From assembly GCF_006345805.1 (NCBI RefSeq), contig NC_042999.1, positions 23,126,001 to 23,190,000 of the forward strand: a stretch of DNA of 64,000 bases, given 5' to 3'. The DNA comes from Octopus sinensis. Lineage: Eukaryota. Position 1 is the first letter of the stretch, and every line of letters begins with the position of its first letter. Below, piece after piece: positions 38,324-52,732 of this stretch. The position numbers and the translations under genes were made by a program. The notes under the pieces were generated by a model. The model made no database searches. It saw only the letters and a program-made list of their open reading frames with translations, and was not told the DNA's origin.

Positions 38324-39557
38324 TGGGCTTCTGTCAGTTTCCGCCTTCCCAATCCACTCACAAGGTTTTAGTTATCCCGAGCTATATTAGGAGACTCTTG
38401 CCCAAGGTGCTTTACAATGGGACTGAACCCAGAACCATGTGGTTGCGAAACAAACTTCTTACCACACAGCCACACTTACACCTACTGATCTCTTCATCTT
38501 CTTTCTAGTCTTGTGCATCTGTGTGTGCATGTCTTCACATTAACACCACTGACGTTTGCTTATATCATAACACATACAATATGCAAGAGGTTCTAAGCAT
38601 TGCCCTTCCTTCTAGAGCCTGGTATTTTTGTCTTGAGCCCAAGGATACATCAGGGTGGTTACCCAATGTCCATGGCATATAAATGACCAAGATCACAATA
38701 TTCCCCCTGAACAGGGTACCGGCATGTCACAAGGTTACTCATTTTACAGCTGAGCAGACTGAAGCAACATGAAATGAAGTGTTTTGCTCAAGAACACAAT
38801 GTACCACCTGGTCTGGGAATTGAAACCATGCCCTTGCAATTCTGAGTGCAACACCCTAACCACTAAGCCAAACACTTTCACTTTCCTTTTAAAGTTTAAG
38901 CATTACAAACAAACACGAATGAGACTAACAAGGAGGCTGCAACCTGGTCACTTGACTTGTTAGAAATAGCAGCCAGGTATTCATCTAATCATATCCTATC
39001 ATCTTCAAAAAAAATAAACTAAGAAATTGGGAATGGTACATAAGATAATGTACTTCTAGATAAATTGGACGCATCAAAATAAGCTTGGGTGGTCGTGGCT
39101 GGAATGCTGTTGACCACTGATCAGCTCAATTAAAACTAACCTTGTGCAAAACTAGAATTTCAGATTCAGTAACACTGAACCAATGAAGGAACCTCTATAT
39201 GGTCATTTGTCCTACTAGAAATAGCAGCTAGGTCTCCTTCAAATAACTCCCAGTTGTCTTAAAACAGAAGGACACACTGGGTGATGTAATCCAAGGTACA
39301 TTATGTCTCAATAAAAAAAAAAGATTATGGCTGGAATGTCTTTGGTCATAGGTACATTTGATCTGAATTTACTTGGGGTTAAATAGCAATAACAATAACA
39401 AACAATATTCAGCAGAGCAATAGTAACAGAGCAGCAGCATGAGAACAGCGGTAAGAGAGCAGCAGTAGGAGAGCAGCGGTATAAGAACGGCGGTAGGAGA
39501 GTAGCGGTAGCAAAACCAGAGCAATAGAGCAGAAAGATAACAAATGTAAAGAATAAC

Positions 39558-39677
39558 CTGTTTGCCATGGTCAGCTGACCATATTTTCACGGATCCGTCT
39601 AAAGAGGCAGATGTAATATATGTACCAGTTGGCAAATATGCAACAGCACGTACAGATGAAACGTGACCACGGATAAC
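39558..39677 (-). CDS. TEP1: TEP1-like exon VIRGHVSSVRAVAYLPTGTYITSASLDGSVKIWSADHGKQ, phase 0->0
   Basis: Acceptor TTTTATTCTTAG, weak donor CAG|GTTATT, 120 nt, WD40 repeat. Confidence 0.88.
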
Positions 39678-41900
39678 CTAAGAATAAAAGAGAAAAAGAA
39701 AGATTTCCTTGTTATTGGAATGGTAAAATATCAGTTTCTTTTTTTTTTAATACATGGAATTCAATGATGGCAATTAACTAGTAATTAAAATGTGAAGTAA
39801 AAAATATTATGGAGATGTACTTGCATAGCAAGTGACTTGATCTGAGATCGTGTACTGAAACTAAAGCAATTGCAGCGTGGAAGGTGTTTATAAGCCGGTT
39901 AAAAAACACAGAAAAACTGTTAGATTCACTTCAACATTTAAATTTAATTTGTGTGAAAATATTTTCGTCATTTTGAAACCGTGACCTGTTCACTGACAGA
40001 ATTTTGTGCTGCATCAGTGAACAGGTCATGGTTCAGTTGGCGTCATTTGAAGGCTAAAACAATACGAAGCACATTGTGACCAGTGACGTGTAGCAACATC
40101 TGACAGCCTGGTCGGTTACGGTGATGATGGTGATTTATGTATATATGTATGTGTGTATGTATGCATGCATGTGGGTACAGGACGTCACCAACGGGGCAAA
40201 TAACATGAAATACATAAACAAACGATTTCATTATCATCTTCATCATCATCGGATGCTACAAAGTGACTCAATGGGCGAGAGTTTCGTGTATGGCATACCC
40301 AAAATATTTAGCCCTTGAGTTACTTCATAACTTCTGTTTATTAAAAAATGTTTTTAAAAAACTAAATTATGGGGATGTAAACACACCAACACCGGTTGTC
40401 AAGCAGTGTGTGGGACAAACCCAAACACAAAGACATACACACACACACACACATGCACAACAGGCTTCTTTCAGTTTCTGTCCACCAAATCCACTTAAAA
40501 GGCTCTGGTCGGTCTGAGGCTATAGTAGAAAATACTTGCAGTTGGACTGAACCCAGAACCATGTGCTTGGGGAGCAAACTTCTTACCACACAGACATAGT
40601 TATCAATTAGTAGTCCATAACTCAACATCTAAATGTGCTGCATTCAATGATCAGCAACTGAAGAGCAGCAGTAGGAGAGCAGCGGTATAAGAACGGCGGT
40701 AGGAGAGTAGCGGTAGCAAAACCAGAACAGTAGAGCAGAAAGATAACAAATGTAAAGAATAACCTCCCTTTCCTCCCTTTCTTTTACAAGGGTCACAGGC
40801 CCCTGCAAAAGTCATGGGCACTGCGCTTCTTCCCCTGGTGAAGCAAAAAAAGTTGGATCAGTTTTAACTCATCTCATACCAACCCACTTAAGACTAACCT
40901 TGTTTCCTGTATTCAGGAGGCACACGGCTTAGTGGTTAGGGTGTTAGGCTCATAATCATTAGATTGTGGTTTCGATTCCTGGACTGGGCGATGTATTGTA
41001 TTCTTGAGCAAAACACTTCATTTCACGTTGCTTCAGTCCACTCAGCTGGCAAAAGTGAGTAATCCTGTGACAGACCAGCGTCACATCCAGGTGGGGAATT
41101 TATACACAATAGCCAGAAAACCGGCTTTTGTGAGTCGGTATGATTCATGAGTCGGTATGACTCATGACTTATTAGTCGATAAGACTCGAGAAGGAAACTG
41201 CCTCTGTTTCAATGATGCAAACGTCCTATTTATCTAAATTAAAATCTCCCATCAAAATTTCATGTTAATTTATGTTCCAAACACCTGATTAACCGTTTTT
41301 GTTATTATATTTTTGTTGAAATACACTACCTTTATTTTAATTAATTTTTTAAATTAATGAATTTAGTAAAACAACTTTGTCATTAAGCTGGTATTTGGAA
41401 CAAAAATTAACACATAATTCTGATGGACGGTTTTAATTCAAATCATATCAAAACATGAATTTTGTAACAGAGAACCATAGACAGTCTCAGAAATGTTGCT
41501 ATGAAACGGGTCAATAACGACCAAGTTGTTTCACTAAATTTTTCCATTATTTTCAAAATTAATTAAGCAGTGAGTTGGGAGACCCATTAGCATACCAGGC
41601 AAAATACTTAGTAACATTTTGTCTGTCATTGTGTTCTGAGCTCAAATTCTGGGTTCAGCTTTGCCTTTCATCCCTTCAGATTTGATATAATAAATACTAG
41701 TCAAGTACTGGGGTCAATGTTATTGATTTTCCCCTCCTCTCAAAAACTGCTGGCCCTGTGCCAAAATTTGAAACTATTATTTTTGAAAGCAATTTTTTAA
41801 AAATTATATATATATAAATAAGTTAACATTTTTAATGTCTTAAATTTGATGAACCAACTATTGTTCTCCATTTTCTTATTGCTATATATATATACATATA

Positions 41901-41933
<33 letters not shown>

Positions 41934-41948
41934 ATATATTATATATAT

Positions 41949-42878
41949 CATCATCATCATCATCATCATCATTTAGCGTCCGTTCTCCATGCTAGCATGG
42001 GTTGGACGGTTCAACTGGGGTCTGTGAAGCTGGAAGGCTTCATCAGGCCCAGTCAGATCTGGCAGTGTTTCTACGGCTGGATGCCCTTCCTAACGCCAAC
42101 CACTCCGTGAGTGTAGTGGGTGCTTTTACGTGCCACCCGCACAGGTGCTAGACAGAGCTGGCAAACGGCCACGAACGGATGGTGCTTTTACGTGTCACGG
42201 CACGGGGGCCAGGCGAGGCTGGCAACGGACACAAACGGATGGTGCTTTTACGTGCCACCAACACGGGGGCCAGACAGCTGGCAAACGGCCACGAACGGAT
42301 GGTGCTTTTACGTGTCACCGGCACGGGGGCCAGGCGAGGCTGGCAACGGGCACGAACGGATGGTGCTTTTACATGCCACCGACACGGGGGCCAGACAGGG
42401 CTGGCAAACGGCCACGAACGGATGGTGCTTTTACGTGTCACCGACATGGGGGCCAGACAGGGCTGGCAAACGGACACGAACGGATGGTGCTTTTACATGT
42501 CACTGACATGGGGGCCAGACAGGGCTGGCAAACGGCCACGAACGGATGGTGCTTTTACGTGTCACCGGCACAGGGGCCAGACAAAGCTGGCAAACGGCCA
42601 CGAACGGATGGTGCTTTTACGTGTCACCGGCACGGGGGCCAGGCCAGGCTGGCAACGAACACGAACGGATGGTGCTTTTACGTGCCACCGACACGGGGGC
42701 CAGACAGGGCTGGCAAATGGCTACGAACGGATGGTACTTTTACGTGTCACCTTCACGGGGGCCCTGATGTTGATCAACCTCAATTTGGTTTGATCTTGAT
42801 TTTGACTGTTCTCACTGGTCTTGCCGGGTTTTCTCACGCACAGCATACCTCCAAAGGTTTCGGTCACTGGTCATTTCC
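41949..42878 (-). mobile_element. 5'-truncated copy of the same RTE (3'UTR plus last ORF codons), with 10 VNTR units plus a partial
   Basis: Near-identical to about 600-1381; identity ends at ggtcatttcc. Confidence 0.93.
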
Positions 42879-43884
42879 AGTTGATTAAAATATATTTTTA
42901 GCATATAAATCTATTTTTTCTACATATTAAATTATAACCATATCTTTTACTTTTTTACCAATTGTAGCAACATAATGAATAACAAGTTTGGAAAAAAAAA
43001 CCCCACTGAATTAGATGAGAAACAGTGAACAACAGAATAACAGCAGAGCCGAAGCTATTTCTAATTTGACCAAAGTTCAAAAGTTTAAAAAAAACTTTAA
43101 TTTTGTTATGAAATAATGCAATTATTTTTTGCAGTTTATTTTATTGTTTTATGGTGAATTTTCCTACAGTGAAATCTCCTGTAAGCTAAAAACAACACAA
43201 AAAGGAATACAAATGCAGCTGATCCTAACAAATGATAGAGACAAGTGGATTCTCTACAGCAAAAAGCAGACAAGCAAGAAAATACATGGAAGCCAGTAGC
43301 TTGGTGCCAATGAATCTACCATTCACTCCATTTATAAAGTGTGTAGAGAAGATCCATTTATCACTGCAATGTTTGGAACCAAACCCCAATGATAAATGAG
43401 GGTAGATGTATCCTTAAATAGTTAACATTTGTAATGAGAGATTAACATCAATGTTTGATTAACTTTGGTGATTTTATAAGAATGAAGTAACAGCGTTGTG
43501 ACATTCATGCTGTACTGAATGGTAGAGACAATGTCAGATAACTAGAAACAGATTGAGCTTGTCAAAAGCTTACCTTCTACCCCTATGGATCTTGCTAATA
43601 GAGAAGTGAAAATGTATGTCACAAGGAGTACGTTTAACAAACTCTGTGATATATTCCAATTGGGAATTGACAGCAGTTTGCAAGATTGGTTTTTGCCTTT
43701 TTGGGTTTGTTTGTTTTTTTAGCTAGAACTAACCACCATTAGTCAACAGAAACAACTGTTAATTGCTGCAGCCCTTTTCTCTCACACTTTACTCCCTCTC
43801 TACTCCAGATTCTCCCAGCATGAAGCTGCACACCCCACCGCCACACATTCAGGGATTGTAGTCTTGCAAGCAAGATGCATGGTG

Positions 43885-43920
<36 letters not shown>

Positions 43921-45248
43921 AAGGAAAAAAAACTAGCACCCAGTACACTGTGATGTGATTGTGTGATTGGCATTAGGAAGTGTGTCCAGCAGTGCAAACC
44001 ATGGCAAAGCTGACACTGGAGCACAACGCAGTCCTTGAATCCATGGATCCTTTCACACCATCCAACTAAAGCCAGCATGGAAAATGGGTGGTAAATTATG
44101 ATGAGGATAAAATATTGGTTTGAAATTTTGGCACAAGGTCAGTAGTTCCATGGAAGGGATAAGCCATTTACACTGACCCCAGTGATCAATTGGTACTCAT
44201 TTTATTGACCCTAAAAGGTCAACCTCAGGCAAAGTTGACATCAGTGGAATTTGAATTCAGAATATATTGTTGGACAAAATGCTTAGCAGCATTTTGTCCA
44301 GCATTTTAATAGTTTTATCAACTCACAAACCTTAATAATAATAATAATAATAATAATAATGATCCTTTCTACTATAGGCACAAGGCCTGAAATTTTGGTG
44401 GAGGAGGCAAGTCAATCATATCGACCCAAGTACTTGACTGGTACTTGATTTATCAACCCTGAAAGGATGAAAAACAAAGTCAACCTCGGCAGAATTTGAA
44501 CTCAGAACATAGCAGCAGATGAAATACCACTAAGTGTTTCGCCTGGTGTGCTAATGAGTCTGCCAGCTCGCCACCTTCAATAATAATAATAATAATAAAT
44601 ATTAAGCATGAAATAATGTCTACAAGATAGGAAATCTCAGGTTAGTACCCAAAGGGTCTTAAGACCATAACCAATCTTCAACTGCACTGTGAGAAGCAGC
44701 TATTTTGAGTAATAAAATAGAGAAAGGATGAGGAGAGAGAGAGAGAGAAGAGAGAGGCAGCTGGAATAATTTTAACATGTAGGAAGATTTGATGCTTGCT
44801 GCTTAATTCTAGGATATCCCTGAGCAAGGGCACACCAATCATGACCATCCCATCATTCTGTCAAATATTGTGTATTCTAGGGCTATATTACCCAGTATGA
44901 ACCACTTTTTTCAAAATGGATGAGTGTAATATATACATATATATGCACATATATACAACATGCTTCATTTAGTTTCTGTCTACCAAAACCACTCACAAGG
45001 CTTTGGTCGGCCTGAGGCTATAGTAGAAGACACTTGCCCAAGGTGCCACACAGTGGGACTGAAACCGGAACCATGTGGTTGGTAAGCAAGCTACTTACCA
45101 CACAGCCACTCCTACGCCTACTGAATGCAGGAGGAGCGAAACCCTACCATGATGTGGCGATTGACTTCACTTGTTAGTATAGTTACTGCTCTGATCTCTT
45201 CTTGAGATTTTACAACTAGCTAAAGTAAGAATAAAGAAGTTTCCTTAC

Positions 45249-45354
45249 AGCAATTTCAGTGTTTTTGTTGAAATCCCAAATACGTAATGTAGAATCCCAC
45301 AATCCGGCCACAATCACTTCTTTCTCTGGATGAAATGCTACACAGTTAACAGGT
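45249..45354 (-). CDS. TEP1: TEP1-like exon PVNCVAFHPEKEVIVAGLWDSTLRIWDFNKNTEIA, phase 2->0
   Basis: Acceptor TTTCTATTTCAG, donor GTAAGG, 106 nt. Matches recalled human TEP1 LNCVAFHPEGQVIATGSW. Confidence 0.92.
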
Positions 45355-46486
45355 CTGAAATAGAAAATATAAATATAAAATATAAAATATTAAATAATAA
45401 AATGGACACATTACACAATGTAGTCAATAACACCCACCAAAATATTGCAGGACAGTTATGGATGAAACCCCTACGATCTTAGGTATGGTCAACCAGGGTT
45501 AATTAAAAAGAAGTGAGGAACGTGGGACAAACAACAATGAAAGGAGAAAAATAAAGTAAAAATAAGTAAAGTCAATCACCACATCAAAGTCGCTGTTCCA
45601 TGTCATAAATATAAAACATGGATTCGATACATGTAAAAATGGAAATCTTGTATTCTTTGTTATTTGGAGGTTACTTGTCTTGGAGAGAAGTTGCTCTAAA
45701 TAATGTGGCATCCGTGCCAGCGGCACGTAAAAAGCACCAACGATCGTGGCCGTTGCCAGCCTCCTTTGGCCCCTGTGCTGGTGGTACGTAAAAAGTACCC
45801 ACTACATTCACGTGCTGGTGGCACGTAAAAAGTACCCACTACATTCACGGAGTGGTTGGCATTAGGAAGGGCATCCAGCTGTAGGAACACTGCAGATCAG
45901 ACTGCAGCCAGGTGCAGCCTCTTGGCTTCCCAGACCCCGGTCAAACCGTCCAACCCATGCTAGCATGGAAAATGGACGCTAAATGATGATGGTGATGATG
46001 ATGATGGTAATGGTAAAGGGAACCTTTTGGTCCAGCTTGCACTGGACAGCCTTTGTCCTTGAGCCTGTGGCATCCAGTGCACTCTGTAAAGCAGCTGGTG
46101 TTAGGAAGGGCATCTAACTATAGAAATCATGCAGAAAATGGAATACACGAGTGAGACATGGACTCTATAAACCTGCATTGCAGGAAACAAGTGCAGAAGG
46201 GTAGTAACTATGAATGAAAACTGATGGAGACCATGCTTTATATGCACTTTTGACAAGTTGTGGTGCACCTGAGCACTGTATACAATAATATCATTATTAT
46301 TATTATAATCATCTAGCCAACGATGACAATGATGATGAGGATGATGATGATGGTTTTATCATAGCCGTCGTCGTCATCATCATTAGACCCCATCAAACCA
46401 TCCAGAATGGAAAAACAGACAATGATGATGGTGGTGATGATGATGGTGATGATGATGGTGGTGATGATGTCGATGGTGATAAGGTG

Positions 46487-46713
46487 GTGAGCTGGCAGAA
46501 ACGTTAGCACGCTAGGCGAAATGCTTAGCAGTGTTTCGTCTGCCGTTAAGTTCTGAGTTCAAATTCTGCCGAGGTCGACTTTGCCTTTCATCCTTGCGGG
46601 GTCGATAAATTAAGTACCAGTTACGCTCTGGGGTCGATGTAATCGATTTAATACCTATGTCTGTCCTTGTTTGTCCCCTCTATGTTTTGCCCCTTGTGGG
46701 TAATAAAGAAATA
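46487..46713 (+). mobile_element. tRNA-derived SINE family B. Monomers also at 10636-10864(-), 33050-33260(+), 37785-38005(+), 44360-44580(-); dimers at 9741-10146, 14340-14793, 49521-49925 (-)
   Basis: Head GGTGAGCTGGCAGAA...GAGTTCAAATTC; central GCCTTTCATCCTT.CGGGGTCGATAAATTAAGTACC (resembles the MetaSINE domain, from memory); tail CCCTTGTGGGTA.TAAAGAAATA. The 10636 copy has a 15-bp TSD ATATATATCATACCT. Confidence 0.87.
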
Positions 46714-46904
46714 GGTGGTGATGGTGGTAGCGGTGGTGGTGGTGGTGGTGGTGGTGGTGGTTGGTGGTGGTGGTTCAAACATTTCTAAGAATCTTTGTGA
46801 TTGATGTGAGAAATGTTTGGTAAGTACTCTGACAGTCCTTTACAGAAGAAACATGCAAATGTTTGGAATGGTAAAAAAAAAACAAAAAAAAACGTAATAC
46901 TCAC

Positions 46905-47054
46905 CGTTTGAAGTTGAGAGAACACATGATGCTTCCTTTAGAAGCGTTCCAAATTTTCACTGTTGTGTCCCAAGAAGAGGAAGCAATAAGCCTTTGGGAT
47001 GGATCTGTACAACAACAGCTGACCTTTCTGGTGTGGCCTTTCATTAAAAATACT
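46905..47054 (-). CDS. TEP1: TEP1-like exon VFLMKGHTRKVSCCCTDPSQRLIASSSWDTTVKIWNASKGSIMCSLNFK(R), phase 2->2
   Basis: Acceptor TTATCGTTTAG, donor GTGAGT, 150 nt; overlaps ORF 46901..47092; full WD40 repeat. Confidence 0.92.
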
Positions 47055-47210
47055 CTAAACGATAAAATAAATATTTCATGATCGTAAGTCAACTTTATTA
47101 CAGAAATGAATAAATGAAAATCAAAAATGGCTACTGACCCATAATTCCCAAAACTGTTCCAAAACTGATCAGATTTCTTCTAAGCTTATAGCATTTATAT
47201 CTGGAGGATG

Positions 47211-47278
<68 letters not shown>

Positions 47279-49125
47279 TGTGTGTGTATGTGTATGATGT
47301 GTGTGTGTGTGATGTGTGTGTATGTGTGTGTGTGTGATGTGTGCCTGTGTCTGTATGTGTGTGCGATGTGTATGTGTGTGGTGTGGTGTGGTGTGTGTGT
47401 GTGTGTGTGTGATGTGTATGTGTTGTGTGATGCGTGCGTGTGTCTGTAGTGTGTGTGTGTATAGTGTGTTGTGTGTGTGATGTGTGCGTGGGGTTTGTGT
47501 GTGTATGTGTGTGGTGTGTATGTGTGATGTGCGTGATGTGTGTGTATGTGTGTGATGTGTGTGTGTGTGATGTGTGCCTGTGTCTGTATGTGTGTGTGAT
47601 GTGTATGTGTTGTGTGTGTAGTGTGTGAAGTAGGGATTCACTAGTGTGACTTAAGAGTTTTGCCTTTCGGCATGTTAGGCTACTGTGAATGGACACAGAA
47701 CTAACTCATAATTATAATGCATATATTTTTGTGTATGTATTTTTGCTTATATGTCTTACATAGTACTGGGTGACCCTGTCAGTGCTGGTGCCAGGTAAAA
47801 AACACCAGTGCTGATGCCAATAAAAGGCACAGGTGACAGTGTCACATAAAAAACATTGGTGATGGTGCCACGTAAAAGCATGAGTGCTGGTACCATATAA
47901 AAAGAACTGGTGCAGGTGCCATGTAAAAAGCACCTGGTACAATTTGTAAAGTGGTTGGCATTATGAAGGGCATCCCAGCTGTAGAAACCTTGCCAAAACT
48001 GACTATGGAACGTGGTGTGGCTCCCAGCCTTGCCAGCTCTTGTCAAACCATCCAACCTCTGCCAGCATCAAAAATGGAAATGATGATGTGTATGTGTGTA
48101 TGTGTGTGAGAATGTAAGTGAAATTACACAGTGCTGTTTCCACAAAACGAGCATCCAGTACACTTTGTAAAGTGGTTGGCATTAGGAAAGGCATCCAAGC
48201 ACAGAAAGCATGCCAAAATGCAGCATGGCACTGTGCCCCCAAATTGCCCCACCCTTTACCAGTATGAAAGACAGGCAGGAAAATGACAATAATGACAACA
48301 ATGGCACCAATAACAAACCTAAGATCATCTGATCACGAAATGAACTTAACTACACAGCTATACTGGCACCTATGAAACTAAAAGACCCCCTTCGGTCATG
48401 AATGACCATAGGATTGCACCTAGAAAGTTTCCTCAGAGGCACAAGTCCGGGCAAGGCTGTTTGTGGAAGACCAGCAGTCGCCCATGCATACCAGTATCCT
48501 CTCTCTATGCCACTGATTTTATCCAAGGGAAAGACAAAGGCCACCAGTGACGCCGCAACTCATTTCTACAGATGAGTTAACTGGAGCAATATGAAACAAA
48601 ATGTCTTACTTAAGAACACAACGCACAGCCCGGTCCAGGATTCGAACTCACTACCCCATGATTTTGAGCCTAACACTCTAACCACTGAGCCACAGTACCC
48701 ATATAGCTTTAAGAATTGTTCGAACAATTTATAGTACGAGAAAATGGACTTAAATAATCAAAATAAAATGTAAAAATTATTATTGACATAACTGAAATAC
48801 TCTTCTTTCACTATCTCAAACAATGTGTTATTTTTCTCTTCTTTTTTAACACATTTTTTTTAGTACTTTGACAACCAATTTTTTATTTACTAAAAGATTA
48901 TTAAATAAATTATTACACTCGCGAGACAGATGTAATAGCTGATTGATGGCCATTCTGAACAGCTACATAGCTACATTATAGAGAAGAAAATGGACAAGGA
49001 ACTGGGTGGCTGTTTAATAGTATATTTACTAATCCTTTAGTAAATATAAAAATTAGCTGTAGATAATATGAAAATACCCATCTTTTTTTTTTCTTTTTTG
49101 CTGAATATTTTTTTTAAAAACTTAC

Positions 49126-49250
49126 CTGAACCCTTCTTTGATGTCCCACAAACAAAGATTTGAATCAAATGATGCACTGCACAATTGATTGGTGTCGACA
49201 AAACAGACAGAGGAAATGCAATTAGAATGTCCGATGAAATTCCGTAGTTC
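49126..49250 (-). CDS. TEP1: TEP1-like exon ELRNFIGHSNCISSVCFVDTNQLCSASFDSNLCLWDIKEGF(R), phase 0->2
   Basis: Acceptor CCTCTTGCAG, donor GTAAGT, 125 nt, GH...WD repeat, phase matches both neighbours. Confidence 0.9.
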
Positions 49251-51911
49251 CTGCAAGAGGCATGAATTAGAACCAGGCTTTATAGATGTCATTCAAAAAT
49301 ACATTTTTCTATCTTTTATCTTTTACTTTTTTCAATCATTTGACCATGTAAACCATGAAAGGTTTTACTTCAACAAATCAACCCCAGTACTTATTTTTTT
49401 TAAAGCAGCCAAGCCACTATGATACAGGGATGCATACAAACCAACATAGGTTATTAGGCGGTGGGTGAGAAGAAGCACAGACATAAACACCACACAAACA
49501 TATATATATATAAATATATATATTTCTTTACTGCCCACAGGGGACTAAACACAGAGGGGACAAACAAAGGGATTCAGTCAATTACATCGACCCCAGTGCA
49601 TAACTGGTACTTATTTAATCGACCCCCGAAAGGATAAAAGGCAAAATCAACCTCAGTGGAATGTGAACTCAGAACGTAATGGCAGATGAAATACATATTT
49701 CTTTACTACCGAAAAGGGGCTAAACACAGAGAGGACAAACAAGAACAGACAAACGGATTAAGTCGATCATATCGACCCCAGTGCGTCACTGGTACTTAAT
49801 TTATCGACCCCGAAAGGATGAAAGGCAAAGTCGACTTTGGCAGAATTTGAACTCGGAATGCAGTGGCAGATGAAATACCGCTAAGCATTTCGCCCGGCAT
49901 GCTAACGATTCTGCCAGCTCGCCACACAAACATATATAGTATCCCTTGACTATCACAGGTGTTATGTTCCAAAAACCCCCATGTTAGGTGAAAATCCATC
50001 CACGAAATAGAAACAGTACTGTACTGTATATTTTTATAATTTGTATATATTTATTTTATTATAAATGCAAAACAACACCACGGAGGAATCGACGTAAGCT
50101 GAAATAATAAACTGCGAAATGTGGCGAGGGATTACTGTACACACACATGCATGCACACACACACACACACACACACATGCACGCACACACACACACATAC
50201 ACATGCACGCACACACACACATACACATGTACACACACACACACACACACTGCCTCTTCATCACCATAGACTTTCTATGATAGCATATGACTGTCATATT
50301 TATCCTTATTTTACTCATCCTTTCCCTGTATTTCATGACCTGCATCACTATCATTCCTCCTGCCCCATCTCCTCCTCCCACCTCCTAAAACATCTCATAA
50401 TCATCATCATCAACATAACAATCCCTGGAAATTATTGTCTCAAATCCTAGAACTAATAGCGTCAGTCACCCAGCTTCCATGGCATATAAGTGACCAAGTT
50501 CACAACATTGCCCCTGGATGGGACACCATCACAGCTGAACAGACTGAAACAATGTGAAATGAAGTATCTTGCTCAAGAACACAACAGAAATCATGGTTTG
50601 AGAAATGAAACCACAACCTTGCAGTTGTCAGTATGACTGTCAAATCTAATGCTTATTTATTCTCATCATTTAGAATTAATCACGCATTACCTTGTGGCTC
50701 TGAGATTCCAATGATGTGATTATTTATTCTTAAAATGACATTGTAGGGCAAGTCTGAGAGGCAGGACCTGGCCAGTTTGAACACAGAACAGGGAGAATAT
50801 TTTGGACAGATATTCTTTTATTCTTTTATTTGTTTTAGTTATTTGATTGCAGCCATGCTGGAGCACCGCCTTTAGTCAAGCAAATCGACCCCCAGAACTT
50901 ATTCTTTGTAAGCCTAGTACTTATTCGATCGGTCTCTTTTGCACCAGCATCGGTTGGAGACACACAAACTTATACATACACACACACACTCACACACACA
51001 CACACACACATTTATATATATAATAGACAACAGGCTTCTTTCAGTCTCAATCTACCAAATCCTCTCACAAGGCTTTGGTCGGCCCAAGGCTATAATAGAA
51101 GACACTTGCCCAAGGTGCCACACAGTGGGACTGAACCCAGAACCAAGTGGTTGGTAAGCAAGCTACTCACCACACAGCCAAACACAAAAGGGTTAAAACA
51201 TCTACTGCTGTAGAAATATCCACTTTATTTCTGATGCTCCTATAACCAGTTGGTTGTCCCTTTGTAATGGAAGCCAGCTATTTCCTATTTCCTTTCAATA
51301 TGATGACTAAAACTCATAGGATGTTTAAGTTAATCTAGCACGACTGTCCGCTGTTGCGTATTATGAATATTTGTTCTTTATTGAAAGTTTGCATTGCGAA
51401 TGTTGCCAGCGTATGCATAATGAATATCCAGGTTTCCTCTCAGTACTTCCCACCCTTATAACAAAAGGGATTGTCTTTGTTTTGCTACTATTGTTATTGT
51501 TTTTTTGTTGTTGTTGTTGGTATGCTCAGATGAACATTAGTCAAAAGAGAAGGAAAAAATGCAGTGACCATTTAACTACCTCATCAACCTTTTCATGGAC
51601 ATCGGTTTTTGGAATTATAACTGCATGAGAAAAATGACATTTAGCTGAAACAACAACAACAGCAGCAGCAGATGCTGACGCTACCACTACCACCACCACC
51701 ACCACCACCACCATCATCATCATCAGTGTTATCTTAATTAGTGTTAACTACAATTTTATTACAACGATTTGGATAAATAGAAATATTATATTTCTAAATA
51801 TTTCGAAAGCCAGTCAAGGTAGCGCTGGCATCAACCATGTTCGGATAGTGCTTTTTACGTGCCACCGACACAGGTATCACAACTACAATTTCCATTTGAT
51901 ATATATATATA

Positions 51912-52145
51912 CAGGGTTGATCAAAAGTCACCCGACAGTAAATCAAAATTCCATAAATACTATCTGTAAGTCTGTATTGATTCGAATGGAAAAGTATGTC
52001 ACTCAAGAAGGACTTCAGTTTGGACATTTCTCATGATGTTTCACATTCAGATGCTTTTATTAAATTCATTCAGTTGGTAAACATAAATAAATCTTGGAAT
52101 TAAATGGTTTTGATTTACTGTCAGGTGACTTTTGGCCAACCCTAT
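51912..52145. mobile_element. Tc1/mariner-like MITE
   Basis: About 35-bp TIRs CAGGGTTGATCAAAAGTCACCCGACAGTAAATCAAAA / TTTTGATTTACTGTCAGGTGACTTTTGGCCAACCCT; TA flanks. Confidence 0.8.
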
Positions 52146-52732
52146 GTATATTATTATATATATAATTATATATATATATATATGTTTAATGTACACAGTA
52201 TTCAATTATGAGCTAATAGTTTCATACATTGGAGGTATTTTCTGGGCAGGTTTTAATAGAAAACATCACCAATGTATGAAACTATAAGTAGCTCATAACT
52301 ACTGTATACATTAAGCAACATTTATCTCTAACCAGATAGAGTAATTTTTTGTCGATCTTAACAGGATAGTCAACTTGTGTATGTGTGTGTGTGCATGCGT
52401 GTGTGCATGTGTTTCTCCCCCACCATTGCTCTATAACTGGCATTGGTGTATTTACAGCCTCATAACTTAGCAGTTCAGCAAAAGTTACTGATAGAATAAA
52501 TGGCAGACTTTAAAAAAAACAGCTGCTGAAGTCAATTCATTCGACTAAGAATTCTTCAAGGCGGTGCCCCAGCATGGCCACAGTCTAATGACTGCAACAA
52601 GTTAAAGATAAAAGATATAAAGATACCACATCTGAAAACAGGAAGACAGACTGGTTTCAGGTGAAATACATTTAATCATAGGTATATTCAACTAGTACTA
52701 ACCTAGATTAAAGTACAGCTAATACTTCTTAC

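Noticed and set aside
43574-43594. 21-nt microexon candidate (CTATTAG|...AAG|GTAAGC)
   Set aside because: In the required phase 0 it reads CAA GAT CCA TAG (stop); no other support.
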